IMG/VR virus record: IMGVR_UViG_3300000510_000016
Location: 23,526-87,525 of that record
Length of the DNA stretch: 64,000 nt
From: a virus
Taxonomy: Duplodnaviria > Caudoviricetes
Strand: one strand, 5' to 3'
Part shown: positions 47,566-58,473 of the stretch, piece after piece
Position numbering within the stretch: the first letter of the stretch is position 1
Layout of the letters: each line of letters opens with the position of its first letter
Made by a program: the position numbers and the translations under genes
The notes under the pieces: model-generated
Database searches by the model: none
What the model saw: only the letters and a program-made list of their open reading frames with translations
Told to the model about the DNA's origin: nothing

Positions 47566-47787
47566 TTAATCCTCACCATTAAAATAACTGTCAACACCAA
47601 CCTCTAACAAAATAGCTTCCTCAAAAGCTCCCTTATACCTCTTATCCTTAATAATCTTATCACCAACTTCTACATCGAAATACTCATAGACCTCACCACC
47701 ATCTTCTAGAGAATGTACTTCTAGTGTCTCACTATCATAATCTACAACCACTAATAAATACTTATTAAATTTCACACTAACCTCCAT
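47566..47787 (-). CDS. Acidic hypothetical protein
   Basis: ORF in operon. Confidence 0.65.
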   Translation of the reverse strand: MEVSVKFNKYLLVVVDYDSETLEVHSLEDGGEVYEYFDVEVGDKIIKDKRYKGAFEEAILLEVGVDSYFNGED

Positions 47788-47967
47788 TCATCATTTCCAT
47801 TACGGAATACTTCGTCTGTTAATAGTGCTACAGATGAACCGTTTATATATTCCTCAAAACCATCCATCCACTCTTTAAAGTCTGCCTCACTTTCCATATT
47901 CAATTTAAAACTTTCTTTATTCTCATAGTCAATATAAATCACATTCTTCATAACCTACATCCAATGA

Positions 47968-48195
47968 TTAAACTACTACATTAAAAACATTGAACAAAAA
48001 TAATTTGAGTTTGTTTCTAGTATAAGGCTTTAATAAAATTACTCGCCCCTCTGTTTTAGTATCTACGTCAACTAGGCATAACAATTTCCCCTTATGCTTA
48101 TATAGAAATCCTACGTTTACACTATTATCTTCGTCATTCACGTAAAGAACATCATAATCTAAATCAGTGTTAATCTGTGACATGTTTACAAACAT
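47968..48195 (-). CDS. Hypothetical protein
   Basis: GAGG RBS. Confidence 0.7.
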   Translation of the reverse strand: MFVNMSQINTDLDYDVLYVNDEDNSVNVGFLYKHKGKLLCLVDVDTKTEGRVILLKPYTRNKLKLFLFNVFNVVV

Positions 48196-48220
48196 ATTGT
48201 ACCTCTCTTGTTAGTTTAAG

Positions 48221-48778
48221 TTATCTCTTAGCTAATAACTTAGTTAATAATTCTTTGCGAGCTTTCTTTGTCTTTGGGACATTTGATGATTGTACACCTA
48301 ATTGACTGAGTTTGTCAAGCATTAATTTATCATCTTTGCATAAGGCGATAATCTCTTTCTCTATCTTAGCTTCCTCAAAGGTTATGCCTTTACGTTGTGA
48401 GTGAGATATAATTCCATGACAAGGTTTGCATACAAGCTGTAGCTCACTCTTAGTTACTAGAGCCATGTTCTCGATGTATTCTTGTAAACCATCTAAACTG
48501 CTAAGCTTGTTGAAGTCACTACGTATATGGTCTACTTGTAAAGCTTGCTGAGCAAAGAGATTAGAGCACACATTGCATCTTCCACCCCACACTGTATCTA
48601 CCCTACCTCTAGGGTTTGGATTAGGAATACGCTCCCTATTCTCTTTGATAAACTTAAGCTTAATAGGCGACTTCTCCCAAAGCCCTCTCCGTAAACCACC
48701 CCTTATATAGTTGATTAGAGCTGATTCATTCTTCCAGACATCAATGTTTTCTGTTAACACTTTATCTAGTTTACTCAT
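48221..48778 (-). CDS. HNH/His-Me finger endonuclease
   Basis: CNVC...QVDHI...QLVCKPCH. Confidence 0.85.
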   Translation of the reverse strand: MSKLDKVLTENIDVWKNESALINYIRGGLRRGLWEKSPIKLKFIKENRERIPNPNPRGRVDTVWGGRCNVCSNLFAQQALQVDHIRSDFNKLSSLDGLQEYIENMALVTKSELQLVCKPCHGIISHSQRKGITFEEAKIEKEIIALCKDDKLMLDKLSQLGVQSSNVPKTKKARKELLTKLLAKR

Positions 48779-49907
48779 ATTCAACCCCATAGATGTCTAG
48801 AATATCGCTAAAAGTTGTTGTGTCGTTAGGGTGCATCATCATATAAGGGGGCTTAAAAAACAAATTAGCAAGCTCTAGCCAATCACATTTCACATCAACA
48901 CCTTCCCAAGTGGCGTACTTAATAACTTCTGGTAATAAGCTTTTCCATTGCTCTACCCATGCTATTAATAAGTCTTTCTCATTATTATAATCTTTAAACT
49001 GCTTGTAGTATGATTTATCAGCGTACCTTGCATTAAAGAATTGCTTAGGGCTGTAACCATCAGTGGCATCACCTAACATTGTTTGTAATAGCAGCCAAGA
49101 TAATCCCTGCCCTTTTACATTATTACCCTCTAAGTAAAGCTTACCTAAACCACCATTTAATTCTGTAATTTCACCTGTCACAGAATGGTAGTATCTGTTC
49201 TTAGTTAGCGCCTGTAAGAAATCTTTATCTCGTTGGTATGATATAGCATAGGCATCAGTGTTATTTATAATATGTTGAGTTATCCCGACACAACAATCAT
49301 CCGCCTCAACATCTTTAATGATATAAGTTTGATAATACTTGTTCAGATACTCTCGAATGGCTTTTAGGTGGGTAGGTTTTCTTGATGACTTACGGTTGCT
49401 TTTGTACTTGATAGGTAAAGGTAGTTTCAATCTAAAGTTATCACTACCACCTAAGAAGAATATAACGTGTGTAGCGTTAATATCACGGTACATATTCTTA
49501 ATTGTATGTTTAACCGTATTAAGACAAAATGATATGTCTTCACTAACAACCTTATTTTCATACTCTAAGGTGTCAAAATCAAAATATACGTCTTCACAGA
49601 ATTGCTTTAATTCAGTCTTATTATCAAACTCTAATTTCTCACCTCTTACCATTGCTACAACACTTCTTTTATCACATGCTGCTGCAATACGATACGCTAC
49701 GTCATCAGCGTCAACTATTACCACCCTATGAGCCTCTGTTAAGGGCTGAGGCAATACATTACCACTACTAAATAACTCGTCCCATACCTCTTGATAAGTC
49801 CATTCCTTATCTAAATCCTTACCCCTATTATCTCGCTTATACTTATCTACAGAATCCTCTGGTGTTCCCTTACCTGTCATTATAAACATATCTGTCATAA
49901 AACTCAT
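48771..49907 (-). CDS. 5'-3' exonuclease (FEN/T7 gp6-like)
   Basis: IVDADD.AY, NFR...YKSNR, EADD, DKDFLQ, GD.TDGY. Confidence 0.9.
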   Translation of the reverse strand: MSFMTDMFIMTGKGTPEDSVDKYKRDNRGKDLDKEWTYQEVWDELFSSGNVLPQPLTEAHRVVIVDADDVAYRIAAACDKRSVVAMVRGEKLEFDNKTELKQFCEDVYFDFDTLEYENKVVSEDISFCLNTVKHTIKNMYRDINATHVIFFLGGSDNFRLKLPLPIKYKSNRKSSRKPTHLKAIREYLNKYYQTYIIKDVEADDCCVGITQHIINNTDAYAISYQRDKDFLQALTKNRYYHSVTGEITELNGGLGKLYLEGNNVKGQGLSWLLLQTMLGDATDGYSPKQFFNARYADKSYYKQFKDYNNEKDLLIAWVEQWKSLLPEVIKYATWEGVDVKCDWLELANLFFKPPYMMMHPNDTTTFSDILDIYGVEYE

Positions 49908-49987
49908 ATCATCTCTCTTTTTATTATGCAATAAAAAAGGGCACGAATAAACGCACCCTTAATTATTAATATTATTTATCTGTATAG

Positions 49988-50230
49988 CTATTGTTTACTC
50001 ATACTCTCATTCAGCTTAAAATTAATCAAGACAGCACAAGTGGCTTTCAACATCTTCAGCTCTGCAACACTCATATTATCCATCATCTTAATAACAGCGT
50101 CACTATCAATTACTGGCTCAATCATATTGATATCACTCTTAGTTATTGTGTATTTGTCTGCCTCACTGATTGAATTTAGTAAACGCTCTTTGTTACTTTC
50201 ACTACTTGTTAAATGTTCTGTATCGTTCAT
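49988..50230 (-). CDS. Hypothetical protein
   Basis: AAGGAG RBS. Confidence 0.65.
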   Translation of the reverse strand: MNDTEHLTSSESNKERLLNSISEADKYTITKSDINMIEPVIDSDAVIKMMDNMSVAELKMLKATCAVLINFKLNESMSKQ

Positions 50231-50263
50231 TTGATGCTCCTTATATATATTCACACTTAAATA

Positions 50264-50626
50264 CTATTTAATTCCATTTCTAAGCTTAGCTGCTCTGCGT
50301 GAGTATACTTCTGCTGCTCTTCCTTGAATAGTAGAGTATAAAGTAATAAAGTCTTCATCACTAAAGTCAGGGTCAGCTAACAATCTCTGCAACACTACAC
50401 GATAACAAGTGGTTAATGTATCTTGAGATAACTCTCCCTTTCTAACACACTTCTTAAAACTCTCTACTACAGCCTTTGGTTGTAATGTTACACTGAAACG
50501 TCTATGAGATAAATCCTTTGTATCCACCTCTTCTTGCTCACGTTCCCATTTCTCTTTACGAGCCTTATACTCAGCGGTATCTTCTAATGGTTTCCGTTCA
50601 AATGGTTTGTAGGTGTTATCTGTCAT
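50264..50626 (-). CDS. Hypothetical protein
   Basis: AGGAGG RBS. Confidence 0.8.
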   Translation of the reverse strand: MTDNTYKPFERKPLEDTAEYKARKEKWEREQEEVDTKDLSHRRFSVTLQPKAVVESFKKCVRKGELSQDTLTTCYRVVLQRLLADPDFSDEDFITLYSTIQGRAAEVYSRRAAKLRNGIK

Positions 50627-50635
50627 ACCAGCCTC

Positions 50636-50860
50636 CTACAAGGAAGTGGATAACCGATAGGCGATATCCTCAAAACTATCTGCTACCTTGATAGCCTCAT
50701 CATCAAAGAAGTCTACGATAATATACTGTTGGTTAACATCGCCCTCTTGATAATCGTCCTCTGCATTAACATATTCAATAACCGTCTTGATTGTATTCTT
50801 GTTGACAATGAAACGATTTCCCTCTGCATCTTTTAAACTAATAAAATTGTTCTCACTCAT
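50636..50860 (-). CDS. Small beta-rich hypothetical protein
   Basis: AGGAG RBS. Confidence 0.75.
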   Translation of the reverse strand: MSENNFISLKDAEGNRFIVNKNTIKTVIEYVNAEDDYQEGDVNQQYIIVDFFDDEAIKVADSFEDIAYRLSTSL

Positions 50861-51107
50861 GTGTATCTCCTGATATATCTAATTGTTTGTTGTGTTTATC
50901 TGATTGTTCAGATTCCACCCACTTAACATCTAAAGCTTTATAGTCACGTACAGCTCGCTCAGATAATGATTGTAAAGCTTGTGTGGCACTAGCACCTGAA
51001 CTTAGTTCAAACTTGCTTACAGTTATTGTGGTGTTGTTTACATCTACAATACCCGTCACAGTGTTCTTAGCTGCATCAAAGTTCATCATTTTAATATCTA
51101 TTTTCAT
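50853..51107 (-). CDS. Hypothetical protein
   Basis: ORF in operon. Confidence 0.7.
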   Translation of the reverse strand: MKIDIKMMNFDAAKNTVTGIVDVNNTTITVSKFELSSGASATQALQSLSERAVRDYKALDVKWVESEQSDKHNKQLDISGDTHE

Positions 51108-51187
51108 ATATCCCCTTAACGCATAAAGAGAACCTCACTAAGAAGTTCTCTCCGATGTTATGTAAGTAGTTGATTTAATTAACTTTA

Positions 51188-51907
51188 TTAAAACGGAATC
51201 TCCGAGTCAAAGTCCACTTCATCACTTGTATCATTAGCACTATCAACAATACTTTGTGCTGTAGGATTACTACCTAGCCCATTCGCTTCTTCATTAACCT
51301 CATAAGCACTAGACATATCTACTGTTACACCAAGCACATTGTCCTCTACCATACCACCACTGTTACCGCCCTCGTAAGGTACATGCTCAACTACTACGAT
51401 TAGGTTAGGGAATACCACAAGCTGTTCATCTACGTTACGATAGCCAAAACATTTAACATGGACTTTAGAACCATTACCAATAGCTTTAGACTTGTCCCAA
51501 TCCTTACCATCTGCATCTACAACCTTTAGGATAGATTTCTTACCTGCTTTGGTTAGGTCATTCAATGATAAACCCATTCCGTGCATACCATCTACGATAT
51601 CGTATGCTGTACCCTTACCCTCTTTAAGCTGACTTTCTAGTGGATATTTAAGCTGCTTCTTCTTGTTACGGTCTTTACCAACTTCTTTAAGTTCCTTGTT
51701 GATAGCTACACCATCTTCATCAACAGGTAGTTCTAGTTTCTCACGAGTATCACTATCAACGAATACTGTAAATTGATAAGCTAAATCCTCTGATTGATAT
51801 TTCTCAGCAGGTTCTAATACTTTGGCAAAGAACACTGGAACATTCTTTAGGTATAAAAACTCATTCTTGCCTTCTTTTACTAATACTGCTTCTGTTTTGT
51901 TAGTCAT
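51188..51907 (-). CDS. ssb: Single-stranded DNA-binding protein (T7 gp2.5-like)
   Basis: IGNGSKVHV OB-fold motif; acidic tail ending DFDSEIPF; lies in replication module. Confidence 0.75.
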   Translation of the reverse strand: MTNKTEAVLVKEGKNEFLYLKNVPVFFAKVLEPAEKYQSEDLAYQFTVFVDSDTREKLELPVDEDGVAINKELKEVGKDRNKKKQLKYPLESQLKEGKGTAYDIVDGMHGMGLSLNDLTKAGKKSILKVVDADGKDWDKSKAIGNGSKVHVKCFGYRNVDEQLVVFPNLIVVVEHVPYEGGNSGGMVEDNVLGVTVDMSSAYEVNEEANGLGSNPTAQSIVDSANDTSDEVDFDSEIPF

Positions 51908-51946
51908 TTGATTTTCCTATTAAGTTATTTGTTTTAAATTCTTTTA

Positions 51947-52213
51947 TTAAGCTTTAATTGTGTAGTCATTATCAGGGTGTTGTTCTTTTGCAGTATTTAC
52001 TGTAACCTTATTATCCTCTCCTACAAAGGTGCTATTCGTCACTGTAATGCTCTTTACCTCGAAAGTTCTTGCAAATACATTTAAAGCTTGTACTACAGTA
52101 TCTTGCTCCATGTGGTTTTTGAAACCACTGTCAAACACTCGTTCAATACCACCTGCTAGGTTGTCTACATCTTCTTTACCGACTTTAGCGCCGATGTGCA
52201 TAATACTTTCCAT
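51947..52213 (-). CDS. Hypothetical protein
   Basis: AGGAG RBS; promoter TTGACA-17-TACTAT upstream. Confidence 0.75.
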   Translation of the reverse strand: MESIMHIGAKVGKEDVDNLAGGIERVFDSGFKNHMEQDTVVQALNVFARTFEVKSITVTNSTFVGEDNKVTVNTAKEQHPDNDYTIKA

Positions 52214-52320
52214 TTTCTTTCTCCTGACTTAGTTTTATTTATAGAAGAACTTATTGTTCCTCATCTCGCTCTCTTTGAGTGAATGTGTATAGTACACGTT
52301 TTGGGTTGTGGTGTCAAGCT

Positions 52321-52503
52321 TTATTTAGATTTATTTTGAATTAATTTACACTCATAAATACTTCCTTTGATTCTTATAACTCCAAAATCAACACAGTCTT
52401 TACTTAAATTATTCTCAGTTACATTTTCACCATAAGTGCAGCTTGAGAACATCGTCAATGATAGTATAGTAACGAAAAGAATGCCTACAAAGAAACCATC
52501 CAT
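52321..52503 (-). CDS. Small membrane protein
   Basis: N-terminal TM helix. Confidence 0.65.
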   Translation of the reverse strand: MDGFFVGILFVTILSLTMFSSCTYGENVTENNLSKDCVDFGVIRIKGSIYECKLIQNKSK

Positions 52504-52504
52504 C

Positions 52505-52786
52505 TCAATTCCCCTCAGCCATAATTTCCTCTACATCATATTTACCAATAATTCTACAGAACTCTTTACACAAGAACACAGGTAAAATATCCTCACCTGC
52601 TCTCAACGTACTGTTCTTATAAGCGATAATAGTTTCACCTCCCTCTGTTGCTCTAATAAGTTCATCTGGATTCTGTGGTGATGTAAATTCAAACATACTA
52701 GGTAATTTCTCACCTAAGTCATATAAGAAATCCATCATAGTGTCTTTGTCTTTGAATGCCATGTCACGAGTGTCTAATTGCATCAT
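52505..52786 (-). CDS. Hypothetical protein
   Basis: AGGAG RBS. Confidence 0.7.
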   Translation of the reverse strand: MMQLDTRDMAFKDKDTMMDFLYDLGEKLPSMFEFTSPQNPDELIRATEGGETIIAYKNSTLRAGEDILPVFLCKEFCRIIGKYDVEEIMAEGN

Positions 52787-52843
52787 TTTCTCCTGTTTAA
52801 TTTAGGTCAGTGTATCATAGTTGTATTGGTTGTGCAAGTGTTT

Positions 52844-53113
52844 TTAATGACACAAAGCCCAGTTATTTCCAACAACATAGGACATACCTAGATTAACTTT
52901 CAAACCAACCTCTTTCTCTGCTAAAGTAATGGCATCTGTTACTGCTTTAGATACAGGGTTAGGCAATGCTAGACAATATCTTCCGTCACTGATAACAATA
53001 GCCTCTCCTAATTGTTCTCCGTCCCAATCCTCAATAAATTTATTACACTCCTCCTCTGTCTTGAATAACTTCATGGGTATTAATTTTGGATTTACTGCTA
53101 GTTGGCATTCGTC
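52844..53113 (-). CDS. polA: DNA polymerase A, exon 2
   Basis: Begins DECQ (completes motif C H-D-E); ends VGNNWALCH as in T7-type PolA. Confidence 0.9.
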   Translation of the reverse strand, partial: DECQLAVNPKLIPMKLFKTEEECNKFIEDWDGEQLGEAIVISDGRYCLALPNPVSKAVTDAITLAEKEVGLKVNLGMSYVVGNNWALCH

Positions 53114-53379
53114 CATGCCTGTTACGAGTTCGTTAAACTCCCAACCTTTCGATTGGTATCGGACTATATCACAATCCTTTTCAGGATTCTCCCCGTTTCG
53201 ACTTTCACTTGAAAGCCTACGCTACAATAGCTAGTCTCTGAACGTTACCTTTCGGTCTTCGCTGCTGATTGCCCATTTCAGTTGTTACATCATACTTAAC
53301 ATATATGCCAAGCCTTTAGGGTTTCCAGACAATTAGAGGAGTTATTCGATGCACATTACTATGCAAAGCCACAACTTTT
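53114..53379 (-). ncRNA. Group I self-splicing intron (266 nt, no ORF)
   Basis: 5' exon ends in U with CCAU/GUGG P1 (U.G pair); Q AATCAGCAG, R GTTCAGAGACTA, S TGATATAGTCC; ends in G; removal restores IEYH-DECQ in frame. Confidence 0.93.
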
Positions 53380-55476
53380 ATGGTATTCAATCATACTGCT
53401 CATATCAATAACTTCATGTTCAAATGGATTGCACTTGTACCCTTGCTCTTCTAGCAACTTGTATAAGAACACAGTGGAATATTTAGCACAAATAACACCG
53501 CCTGATTGAAACAAGAAGTTAATAAGACTGTGTTGAGAACGAATATTAATCTTTCTTCCATCAACAGCTACAATGTTAGTTTTACCTCTTTTCTCCCAAG
53601 CAGCAGTCAGTGCTTCTTTTAGGTCTTTTAGGGGCTTAACCTCTTCCCAAAAATTCTCTACTAGAGCGTCTGCTTCCTCTTGAGATATTCCAAGCATGGT
53701 TTTTGCTTTCTTACTTGAACCTCCATAAATCAACATATAAGCGATAGCCTTAGCATCTCCTCTGTCCATTCCTAACTTTCTAGCGTTGATAGAGTGCAAG
53801 TCATTAGGTTTTTCTGCTAATAAAGAAACAGCTAATTCTTCGCCATTAAAAGGCAGTACATAGTGTCCTTGAATACGTGCTTCTAAAGAACTAAAGTCAA
53901 ATCCAAATTGATACATTCCTTTTCCACAACCAAACAATGAGCGTAGCTCTTCGCCATACACAGACGTAACACGAGGTATATTAGCAATGGAAATGTGTCT
54001 GTATCTCTGAGTTCCTGCGCCAATCTCAATAGCAGGTGTGCTTACACGTTCATCTTCTTCTCTATACATTGACAAGTAACCAGTATCAGGGTATTCATCT
54101 TCGTAATCAACATCGTCTAACTTCCCACCTGCAATAGAACTCTTTCTGTGCTTGTATGTTTGGTATAATACAAAGTCATTAGCAAATGCAACTTTATCAC
54201 CAAGCTTTGTTAAGTTAGGACACAACTCTTTCTCAACACCTACACGAACACAGGGAGAGGTCGGAACACGTACTGGGAAATCTTTTTCTAACTTAGGTAA
54301 CAGTTTCTTTCTAACCACCTCCTTAGTTACTTTCATTCCCATATCTAAGTCACGTAGCCTTACATCCTTGTATTTACCCTCATCAAATGTTTGCGCCAAC
54401 CATCTATCCAGTGTTTCAACACGCTTGTCATAACTAATAGATTGCTTCTTACTATCCTTAGTTAAATCACGAACCTTCATCTCTATAGGTCGCCAACCTA
54501 GTTCAATCAAATAACTCTTAACATGGTCTAGGTCAGAAATATCAGCTACTTCATGTGTTTCTAATGGTTCAGTAAAGGGTATCTCTCTTGCCATACCCTT
54601 ATAGATAAACAACTCATCTTCAATTATAGCATCATGTCGGATAGCAAACTTAGCCATGATAGCAGAAACAGAGCCGTCTTTATTTATTTGCTTGATAGGT
54701 GGAGTATATTTCTTAAGCGTACCTTTTGTCATAGGTTTAGGTGGTAATAATGGATTAACGTTATCAGACAACTCTTGCATCTTTTCAGTCAAGTCTTCAA
54801 CACAAGCAATAGCCTTTTCCTTGTCAAACCAGAACCCGTAAGTCTCTCGTCTAACAGCAATATCAGCTAACTTGTTTTCCATCTTTTCAGCTTTCTTCCA
54901 ACCAATATATCCTTGATATTCTTTCTCAAGTTTGTCAAAAATTAAGGATGTAACTTTTGTATCCTGAATACAGTAGCTAAGCATTTCTGGAGTGAACTTA
55001 CTGAAGTCGTGGAAGTCACCTTTAAAATCACCTAATACTTTACCCCAAGCTCCTAGAGAGTGCCCTCCTTTTCTATCTGGATTTAATAATCTTGAACGTA
55101 CCAATGTATCTGTAACTTTAATATCTTTACCGAATAACTTATCTGATTGGTCTAAGTATCCAATGTCGTAGTCTAATACACCAAATAACTTCAAAGCTAG
55201 TAAGTCGAACTTGATAGCGTTGTGCCCTATAAGCTCGCTACAATCGCTTAGGATACGTTGTAAATCGTCTTTGGTAATACCACTACCGTTCTCGCTTACA
55301 AGTTCTTTTACGTCATCTGTGTCTACGTCACGCACTACAATACACCACAATCTAGCATCACTGTTCAACTTGTATGGTAAACTTGAGTAATCCAACATAT
55401 TAGATAACAGGTTATTGGTTTCGATATCAATTACAAACCTGCCCAAGCTTTTCTTAACTTCATCACTCACTTCCAT
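53380..55476 (-). CDS. polA: DNA polymerase A (3'-5' exonuclease + polymerase), exon 1
   Basis: DIETN exoI, GHN.IKFD exoII, YCIQD exoIII; DFSSLEARI motif A, AKAIAYMLIYG motif B, SMIEYH start of motif C. Confidence 0.95.
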
Positions 55477-55552
55477 CTCCTTATATAAATGTGCCAATAT
55501 ATATATTGTGTATGTATACTAGCACACTTATATTATATAAGCAAGGTTGTTT

Positions 55553-57424
55553 CTAGAAAGAGTCGAGCACTTCTATATTATCAATATCTTCCTCGTCATA
55601 GCCCCCAACTACTTTATCACTATTTCCTTCTAGATTAATGTTCTTCATTTGTTCTTCTGTATAGCCAATAAAGAACCCATGTTGCTCAGCAAAATTATAA
55701 TCAAACAACGTGTGATGCTCTGGTGAATAATAAATTTGAGCAGCCAATTCCATAGTTACACCATACGTTCTATTTTTACTAACTTTAATCTTAGTAGTAT
55801 TTCTCTCAATCGGGTCTTCTGACATACGATTTCTACTTAACATCATATTGATAGTACCAGTCCCAATAATCGCTCCGCTTCCTTTGAAGTCCTCCTCATT
55901 CATGCTTGCACCCTCAGATTGAGACTGTGCCCCACCAGATGTCTTCCGAGAATGCAGCACATTAATCGAAGTCACCATGTATTGAGTCTTTAGCTTCTCC
56001 TCAAATAACATCCAAGATGTTTGCTCTTCATTGCTTAGCTTATGAATTACTGAACTAAGAGGGTCAAATAAAATAATGCGGCTATCATATAGTTTGATTG
56101 ATTGAAGTACAGCTTCTTTTAATTCCTCTACGTCATCTGGGATTTTTCTCATAATATTAAATCTATGACTGCCATCTTCTAAGTATAAATATTTATCAAT
56201 TTCTTCTTTATTATCTTTTAAAATCTTTACCCGTTCCTCTACATCCTTAATCATCATTAAGTTAATTCCTGTAACTTTTGATGCTATTTTTAATCCATAG
56301 CTCCCAACAGAATCTTCCATAGTAACAATTAGCATACGGTGTGGGCTATTCATAACCCAGTCTAAAGTCAATTGATTGACTACCACAGTCTTACCTGTTG
56401 ATGTATTCGACCCTAGATTCCAAATTTCTCCTAGTCCTATTCCAGATGGGAATACGTTATCAAGTCCTTTTAAAAAGCTAGGTAGAGGTATAGACTCTGT
56501 AACAGCGGCTTTCAACATTTCTTCATAGATATCACCTGAACCTGAGATACCCCAATCATTAATAGCTTGAGCATTCCAGTAGACATCCGTGATAATCTTA
56601 TCGAAATCCCCTACTTTCATGTAATCGTTAATATCTTTATGGCGTAATGCGGCTCTGTATAGTTTACTGTTGTCTACGACAGCCTTAACCTTTTCGTAAG
56701 CAGCTAATCCAGCCTCATCATTATCTAAGGCACAGATAATCTTTTTATGAGCATTCACCCAATCATAATTGAGCTTAATCATTGTAGCTGTACTATCTTC
56801 GCCTAGACTACTACTAACTACATTATAACTCTTACGATACTTATCACTCTCTAGAGCATGAATCATTGAGGCTAAACAAATCTCACCACCAACAATAATC
56901 AACGTATCCGCAACAGCATTACTCTGGTTTAAGAACCCACCTAGCTTACCAACATAGCCTACGCTATAAAACTCTTTAGGGTGTTTGCGAATCTTATACC
57001 CCACTACTCGCTCATTACCATCCTCTACCACTGTAATAGGGTAGTACATGCTTACCTCATTACCATTCTTTTCCCATCGTACTCCTAAACCCTTATAGAC
57101 CTCACTAGGAACGCCACGATAAGGCTTAGGAATGTCTGTGAATGTCTTAGCCTCAATCTCTGCCACTTGCTCTGCTGTTAGAGCCTTATTCTTTAAATTG
57201 TCAATATCTTTACTTGTAATCAAATTACGTTCTCCTTTAGTTACTACTTTAGTTTCATCTAAATATTCATCACTGCATTTTACTAGACCACACGAACCGA
57301 AGCAGAAGTATCCTTGCCCTTCACCGTAATAGAACAGGTTGTCACCTGCTGTATCCTTACCTTGTGATTGGCATTTCGGACACGCATTGTGACCATATTC
57401 TAGTGCACTTTCATCTATGTACAA
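55553..57424 (-). CDS. Bifunctional primase-helicase (T7 gp4-like)
   Basis: CPKC zinc-binding domain, TOPRIM GGEI...ALDND.AG...KDIND, GSNTSTGKT Walker A, FKGSGAI, KVSKNR. Confidence 0.93.
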   Translation of the reverse strand: MYIDESALEYGHNACPKCQSQGKDTAGDNLFYYGEGQGYFCFGSCGLVKCSDEYLDETKVVTKGERNLITSKDIDNLKNKALTAEQVAEIEAKTFTDIPKPYRGVPSEVYKGLGVRWEKNGNEVSMYYPITVVEDGNERVVGYKIRKHPKEFYSVGYVGKLGGFLNQSNAVADTLIIVGGEICLASMIHALESDKYRKSYNVVSSSLGEDSTATMIKLNYDWVNAHKKIICALDNDEAGLAAYEKVKAVVDNSKLYRAALRHKDINDYMKVGDFDKIITDVYWNAQAINDWGISGSGDIYEEMLKAAVTESIPLPSFLKGLDNVFPSGIGLGEIWNLGSNTSTGKTVVVNQLTLDWVMNSPHRMLIVTMEDSVGSYGLKIASKVTGINLMMIKDVEERVKILKDNKEEIDKYLYLEDGSHRFNIMRKIPDDVEELKEAVLQSIKLYDSRIILFDPLSSVIHKLSNEEQTSWMLFEEKLKTQYMVTSINVLHSRKTSGGAQSQSEGASMNEEDFKGSGAIIGTGTINMMLSRNRMSEDPIERNTTKIKVSKNRTYGVTMELAAQIYYSPEHHTLFDYNFAEQHGFFIGYTEEQMKNINLEGNSDKVVGGYDEEDIDNIEVLDSF

Positions 57425-57647
57425 AATCTACTCCTTCAAATTCAGGGATTTCTGTCCAAAACAAATACTTCTCATTACCATAGTCTTCATTAAAACAACC
57501 ACGACCACCATTCCAATATCCAACTTCAGGAATCATGTCCTTATCATTACCCATATCGTATGTAAACCCACTTCTCATTACAATGTAGTAGCCATCATAC
57601 TTAGGTTTAGTGTATACCAACCTTTTAAATGTTATATGTTCTTTCAT
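57411..57647 (-). CDS. Hypothetical protein
   Basis: ORF in operon. Confidence 0.7.
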   Translation of the reverse strand: MKEHITFKRLVYTKPKYDGYYIVMRSGFTYDMGNDKDMIPEVGYWNGGRGCFNEDYGNEKYLFWTEIPEFEGVDFVHR

Positions 57648-57656
57648 AATTACCCC

Positions 57657-57923
57657 TTATAAAACCTCAGTCTTAATGACCTCAATCGTAGAACCTCTTT
57701 TATCGAAACTCATAAATTCTTCGAGTGTGTTTAGACTCTCTACAATAGGTATTTGAGATGTTGCTATAGAATCGTATCCACAAGACAACTTCAAATCCTC
57801 AAGAACGGCTCTCTTTACCTTACCTAAAGATTTTTTATCACATTTAATAAGTGTTGACCAAAGGATTCCATCATACCCACCATTCTCTCTTACTTCCCAT
57901 ACGTACATATCATCGCTCTCCAA
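57657..57923 (-). CDS. Hypothetical protein
   Basis: ORF downstream of promoter-like TTGACG. Confidence 0.65.
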   Translation of the reverse strand: MESDDMYVWEVRENGGYDGILWSTLIKCDKKSLGKVKRAVLEDLKLSCGYDSIATSQIPIVESLNTLEEFMSFDKRGSTIEVIKTEVL

Positions 57924-58061
57924 TTAATTTATTCACCTAATATACCACCTCCCACTCATTCCGTCAACATATATTTTAGACATAAAAAAAAACACACACC
58001 CATGACAGGTATGTGCTAAATATTATTGTATAAGAATATATTGTTATGTGCTATCGGACTG

Positions 58062-58463
58062 TTATTTATCCTCTTTGTTCACATCAACTCCGAACCATCT
58101 TCTAAGCTTGCCTAACACGCTCTCAACTATTATACTAACTCCACTGTCTCCAATGCCATTAACCAATCTCTCAATCAAGGGTCTGTTAGCAATCCTAAGA
58201 ACATCCAATGTACTACCCACCATCATTCCTAATGGCACATTCAATATTGCAAGCCAATATATAGAGGAAATCCCCCTACTTGCATATAGGTACTCCCCCA
58301 TTGCTGCTGCAAATAATAGTGCTACTAACATGAACATGAAAGATAATTGCCACCCATATCTTGCCCTATCAGAGGATATGAACGCACCAAGACCGCCTCC
58401 AATAATTGCAAAGAAAATTTGTGGTGAAAAGCTTAGGGTTAAAGTTGTGAAAAATCCATCCAT
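58062..58463 (-). CDS. Holin-like membrane protein
   Basis: Three TM helices, AIIGGGLGA motif, basic C-terminus. Confidence 0.6.
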   Translation of the reverse strand: MDGFFTTLTLSFSPQIFFAIIGGGLGAFISSDRARYGWQLSFMFMLVALLFAAAMGEYLYASRGISSIYWLAILNVPLGMMVGSTLDVLRIANRPLIERLVNGIGDSGVSIIVESVLGKLRRWFGVDVNKEDK

Positions 58464-58473
58464 CTTTTACCCC

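Noticed and set aside
53359-53379. Stop-codon recoding or intein in polA
   Set aside because: The break is fully explained by a group I intron with canonical core and splice sites; TAG behaves as a stop in other genes
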